The notes under the pieces were generated by a model. That model was not told the DNA's origin. It did no database searches and saw only the letters and a list, made by a program, of their open reading frames with translations. The translations under genes and the position numbers were made by a program. Positions 18,573-20,038 of a DNA stretch of 20,038 nucleotides are shown here, one piece after another (positions within the stretch are counted from its first letter, which is position 1; every line of letters starts with the position of its first letter). The stretch lies in contig CBFGJN010000034.1 in the NCBI GenBank assembly GCA_965649115.1, positions 1 to 20,038 on the forward strand. Reading direction: 5' to 3'. The DNA comes from a candidate division WOR-3 bacterium (lineage in GTDB: Bacteria; Hydrothermota; Hydrothermia; LBFQ01; DSFT01).

Positions 18573-18608
18573 AAAGCTTGAAAAGTATAAAGGATAATAA
18601 AATGCCTA

Positions 18609-18733
18609 CTTTAAAATGCCCATATTTTCTGCTTTGGGAGCTACGCCACCTATTAAACCTTTCAGTAAGTTTTTCAAAGGTGGATGAGCAAAATGTAGAA
18701 ATGAGTAATAATTCTAAATTATTAGACAAAGTA
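18609..18733. mobile_element. Degenerate, rearranged MITE-like remnant
   Basis: Internal block CTTTAAAATGCCCATATTTTCTGCTTTGGGAGC in + orientation, then the left end in - orientation ending AATTATTAGACAAAGTA. Confidence 0.65.
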
Positions 18734-18771
18734 AAAAGTTATGCTTTAAAATTTTAATTGGAGGTGAAGCT

Positions 18772-20038
18772 ATGTGGTTAATAATTTTATATTTAGATAT
18801 TCAAACAAAAGGGGGGAAGGGAGCAGTTAATGAGAGCACAAAAGAACAAACTACTCAATCTGTTTATATGCCAAAGACTGATAATGGAAATTATAAGATA
18901 GCTCCATTTTTTGGATGGACACCTGAAAAAGAAGAAATTGCTAATGCTATAAGGCAAGGAAAAATAAATGTTGATGAAAACTTCCTAAAAATAAGGATTG
19001 AAAGACTTGATAGTTTCTATGCTCAAAGATGGCAGGAAGAAAAGCCTTATGTTTGTGGAAGATACGCTATAAAAGGTCTTGAATGTCCAAATATCCATCC
19101 TCATATGAACAGAATTTACTATTACTATAATAAATGGAAAAATGAAAATGATGCTTGGGCTTATGCTGAAATGATTACACTTATAGAAGATGGTGAGAGA
19201 TTATTGTCTGCTTATGAAAACACAAATTCAACTCAAAGAGAACCATTAAATAAAGCCAAAATTGCTTCTGCTTCCCATATAAAACTAGCAAAAAATGGCA
19301 ATAATTTTTCTGTCCTAACTGATGGAAATGGTTGGAATACATTTCCCATATCAGCAACTACTGGCCTGGAATATAATCCTACTATTGTTCAGATGGGGAA
19401 TGAGGATACTCTCTTTGCTGGGTTGAATGTTTATCCCTGCTCTGTTTTAGGTAGTGGATTTCCAAATTATGAATGTATCTTAATAGCTCGTTCAGACGAT
19501 GCAGGTAAAACATGGACAGGATGGATAATAATTTATTTAAATAGTGGAAATTTAGGAGAAGTCGCAATAGGTGCTGACCCCTATAGGAGATTCTTAATAG
19601 TAACATATAGAAGAGACGATTATGGATGCTGGCTTGGCAATAGAAGTGCCATTGCTGGTTGGGTTTTCTACGATAAAAATAATTATACTATTAATTCAGG
19701 AGAAAAATGGATTTTAACGCCATCTTCTTTTACCTGTTCTCCAAACTATGCTACTCCTTATGTGAATACTGAATTTAATTGGGGAAGAAGTGGTTGTATG
19801 GGTCTCACACCAGGAGCTTGTGCTTGTGATCCAACTGATATATGGTACTTTGTTGGAGCAAATAAAGGTGGTGGTGGTGTCTCTATTGCACGCTCAACTA
19901 CCTGTGGCTCATCTTGGAGTCAGGTTTATGATGGTCCTGCTAGAAATGGAAGTGCCTACAATAATAATCAAATAATGCTTGAAACAACTAATGATCCAAG
20001 AGGAAGTTCATCAGTTTGCACTGCTTCTAATGGTGGTG
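18772..20038 (+). CDS. Large Asp-box (BNR) repeat, sialidase-like beta-propeller protein, probably exported; runs off window end
   Basis: SD GGAGGTG then ATG 18772. I read 422 codons with no stop. Asp-boxes RSDDAGKTW (~19489-19515) and RSTTCGSSW (~19891-19917). Not in the ORF track because it has no stop in the window. Confidence 0.85.
   Translation, partial: MWLIILYLDIQTKGGKGAVNESTKEQTTQSVYMPKTDNGNYKIAPFFGWTPEKEEIANAIRQGKINVDENFLKIRIERLDSFYAQRWQEEKPYVCGRYAIKGLECPNIHPHMNRIYYYYNKWKNENDAWAYAEMITLIEDGERLLSAYENTNSTQREPLNKAKIASASHIKLAKNGNNFSVLTDGNGWNTFPISATTGLEYNPTIVQMGNEDTLFAGLNVYPCSVLGSGFPNYECILIARSDDAGKTWTGWIIIYLNSGNLGEVAIGADPYRRFLIVTYRRDDYGCWLGNRSAIAGWVFYDKNNYTINSGEKWILTPSSFTCSPNYATPYVNTEFNWGRSGCMGLTPGACACDPTDIWYFVGANKGGGGVSIARSTTCGSSWSQVYDGPARNGSAYNNNQIMLETTNDPRGSSSVCTASNGG

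Noticed and set aside
18564..18591. dif-like site (TTATGTTAAAG on the - strand), and similar half-sites near element ends
   Set aside because: Only a XerD-arm-like 11-mer is present, overlapping the pyrH start, with no XerC arm. This is plausible by chance in AT-rich DNA.
18544..18729. 61-aa minus-strand ORF upstream of pyrH
   Set aside because: It runs through a MITE remnant and the pyrH promoter motif and has no protein features.
1057..19975. Short ORF-track entries (1057-1266, 2743-2985, 3658-3861, 11368-11616, 11676-11867, 13286-13468, 13465-13656, 15541-15729, 16599-16808, 19382-19606, 19790-19975)
   Set aside because: They are antisense or out-of-frame shadows inside well-supported genes and have no recognisable motifs.

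Overview
Very AT-rich bacterial chromosomal window with tightly packed, mostly housekeeping genes. They encode a 7Fe ferredoxin, a DxxG(N/D)DxY-repeat protein, an M24 peptidase, a CHY zinc finger, TetR plus a histidine kinase, MBL hydrolase-XerD-flavoprotein-MFS, LeuS-Nudix, epimerase-IspDF-MltG-PriA and PyrH. There is also a Uma2 pseudogene and a large Asp-box protein that runs off the 3' end and is missing from the ORF track. The main unannotated signal is non-coding. Every intergenic gap longer than 100 bp holds a copy or remnant of one ~150-190 bp MITE-like element (6 copies or remnants). It has TGCTTTGTCCAATAATT-type terminal inverted repeats, 9-bp target-site duplications, two triloop hairpins (one clearly covarying) and a double IHF-consensus palindrome 22 bp from one end. 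Two copies form a tandem at one target, and one copy supplies the C-terminus of the CHY protein. All seven visible transcription-unit starts also share a CYTTAWAMTTTT -10-like motif, and five look leaderless or nearly so. No rRNA, tRNA, CRISPR array or transposase was seen. All calls are by eye, with no database searches.
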